Below are positions 61,335 through 64,000 of a DNA stretch of 64,000 nt, in pieces. The notes under the pieces are model-generated. The model saw nothing but the letters and a program-made list of their open reading frames with translations, ran no database searches and was not told the origin of the DNA. This stretch comes from Squalus acanthias. Lineage: Eukaryota. The stretch lies in NCBI GenBank assembly GCA_030390025.1, contig CM059432.1, forward strand, positions 17,858,001 through 17,922,000, in the 5' to 3' direction. Both the position numbers and the translations under genes were made by a program. Positions within the stretch are counted from its first letter, which is position 1, and each line of letters begins with the position of its first letter.

Positions 61335-62823
61335 AGACTCGGGAACAGTGCCCATGGATTGGAGGGTAGCTAACGTTACCCCACTATTCAAAAAGGGGGG
61401 TAGGGAAAAAGCAGGTAATTACAGACCTGTAAGCCTTACATCAGTTGTGGGCAAAATGCTGGAGTCCATCATTAAGGATGAAATAGCGGAGCACTTAGCA
61501 AATGGGGACAGGATAGGACAGAGTCAACATGGATTTACAAAGGGTAAATCGTGCTTGACTAATCTATTGGAATTTTTTGAGGGAGTAACTGGTAAAATAG
61601 ATGGGGGAGAGCCAGTAGATGTGGTGTACCTGGACTTCCAAAAGGCCTTCGACAAGGTCCCACATAAAAGATTAGCATGGAAAATTGAAGCTCATGGGAT
61701 AAAGGGGAAAGTATTGACGTGGATAGAGAACTGGCTGTCAGATAGAAAACAGAGAGTTGGAATAAACGGCTCATTTTCTGAATGGCAGGCAGTAACAAGT
61801 GGGGTACCACAGGGATCTGTCCTGGGTCCCCAGCTGTTCACAATTTACATTAATGACCTGGATCAGGGAGTCGGATGCAGCATTTCCAAATTTGCAGACG
61901 ACACTAAACTAGGAGGGGGGGTGGGCTCAGAGGAGGAGACCAGGAAGCTCCAGAGCGATTTGGACAGACTGGGTGATTGGGCGGATAAATGGCAGATGCA
62001 CTATAATGTGGACAAGTGCGAAGTTATCCACCTTGGGTGCAGGAACGGGAGGGCAAATTATTATTTAAATGGCAATAAATTGGGAGAGGGGGAAGTACAG
62101 AGAGACCTGGGTGTTCTTGTACACCAGTCACTGAAGGCGAGCATGCAGGTGCAACAGGCGATCAAGAAGGCAAACGGTATGCTGGCCTTCATAGCAAAAG
62201 GGTTGGAATACAGGAACAGGGATACCTTGCTGCAGCTGTACAGGGCACTGGTGAGACCACACCTCGAGTACTGTGTACAGTTTTGGTCGCCTCATCTGAG
62301 GAAAGATGTTCTTGCCATGGAGGGGGTGCAGCGGCGATTCACCAGGCTGATACCAGGAATGGCGGGATTGACCTATGAGGAGAGACTATGTAGTTTAGGG
62401 ATGTACACACTGGAGTTTAGAAGATTGAGAGGGGACCTCATAGAAGTGTATAAAATTCTGACAGGTCTAGACAGACTAGATGCAGAAGGAATGTTTCCCT
62501 TGGCGGGTGAGAACAGAACTAGAGGACATAATTTAAGGATAAGGGCTAAACCATTTAGGACAGAAATGAGGGGGAATTTCTTCACTCAGAGGGTGGTGAA
62601 CCTGTGGAACTCATTGCCACAGAGGGCAGTGTACGCCAGCTCATTAAATATATTTAAGAGGGAATTAGATATATTTCTACAGGCAAAAGGGGTTAAGGGT
62701 TACGGAGAGAAGGCGGGGACGGGATACTGAATTGGAGGATCAGCCATGATCTCATTAAATGGCGGAGCAGGCTCGAAGGGCCGGATGGCCTACTCCTGCT
62801 CCTATCTTCTATGTATCTATGTA
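61335..62823 (+). mobile_element. 5'-truncated CR1 LINE with an open 460-aa RT ORF
   Basis: YRPVSLTS, GVPQGSVLGP, KFADD; 3' stem-loop and (tctatgta) tail. Confidence 0.93.
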
Positions 62824-64000
62824 AGAATCTTTTTCCAGTTGTTGTATCCCTATTCTCAGGTCTTTGCCTATACCCGTTTTTAAAAAAAAAATTAATTCAC
62901 GTCCCTAAATCGTTAGCCCAGGCCTCTGGATTACTAGTCCAGTAACATAACCACTATGCTATCATTCCCGTTTAGAAGGTGTTTGGTGGAAGTCCAGGTT
63001 TACGCACTTAGTTTCCTCTTTCTCTCCGTAGGAAACCCTACCTCCATTCAGTACCAGTCAGTACCTCCTCCAACAATACAGGTCAGGTCTGGTCAGGAAC
63101 TCCATTTCGCTTTTTTCCTGCGCTCTTCTCTTGAGTCGCTGACTCTTCAAGCCCTCTGGTTCATCACCTCAATCATTTTTCTTCATATAGGTCGAGGCAG
63201 TTTGAAAATGGAGGACGTCACAGCCAAGTCCAATCCTACTCTCAACCGACATGAGCAAATGTGCATTTTCCAGGAGGGAGGGAGGTCACTCGATGGTGAT
63301 CAGAGGAGTGTGGCTCAGGTGATTTCCCCCTCGTTACGCTAAAGCATTGCGGCCACTTGTAGTGCTCCCATTTCCTGGCACCTTCCTGCAATGGCCCAGT
63401 TACAGTCACCATTTGAGCAGTCATGGAACCAATCCCATACTGTCCCTCTCTGTGGCAGAATCACCACATGAATCACGACAACAATAAAACCTTGTAGTTA
63501 TATAACTGCAGGGGAAAGGTGTTGAGCGTAGAGGGTGGCACTTAGTGTAAATATTCCTGGCATCTTGGTAAGTACATGTCACCATTTCAACTCTCCAGAC
63601 TTAACTGGGAGCCATTCAGCTGCTGTCAGTTGTGCAACTTGTCAACAAGTGATCACAGGCCAGCATTCTGTCTGGTCCTGGATTCAAACCAGGTGCTGCT
63701 CAAGCCTGGAAGCTTCAGGATCAGCCCAGAGGCACAACAGTAGCTGGCAAGTCCTACAAATGCCTGGCTCAGATGTCTCTGAAGCACCAACTAAGACCAG
63801 AAAGAATGGCAATTTATGTCACTTATAGAGATTTGAAATGGAAAATCTCTGGATTGGCAGGAAGAAAGAAAAACTTCAATTTGAAATATCTCCTAGAAAA
63901 AAAGGAGATTTTCCGAATGATTTTATTTCTGTAAATTGTTCAGTCCTTTACACTGCAGCCCTTGTGACACTCAACCTTTTCCTAACTATGCGTATTTAGA

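Overview
Eukaryotic, repeat-dense vertebrate DNA. HE1-type V-SINE, SacSINE1-like DeuSINE and CR1/L2/Penelope families point to a cartilaginous fish (shark); this is an inference. The only host gene I can support is the 5' end of a TRPN1/NompC mechanotransduction channel on the minus strand: a TATA/GC-box promoter near 37.5 kb, coding exon 1 (37082-37231) and coding exon 2 (28191-28292). Exon 3 was not found, so intron 2 appears to be >28 kb. About 5 kb upstream sits a structurally complete 4.27-kb PIF/Harbinger transposon with TIRs, an intact 386-aa DDE transposase and a convergent 3-exon Myb/SANT-like gene. It is accompanied by several Harbinger MITEs with matching termini and by older Harbinger relics. 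The rest is nested LINEs (one near-full-length CR1 with an SGNH-esterase ORF1, two near-identical young CR1 copies in inverted orientation around TRPN1 exons 1-2, L2 fragments) and SINEs. Penelope fragments carry minimal hammerhead ribozyme motifs, and there are two minisatellites. All family assignments are by eye and from recalled motifs; no database search was run, and TE boundaries without TIR/TSD support are approximate.
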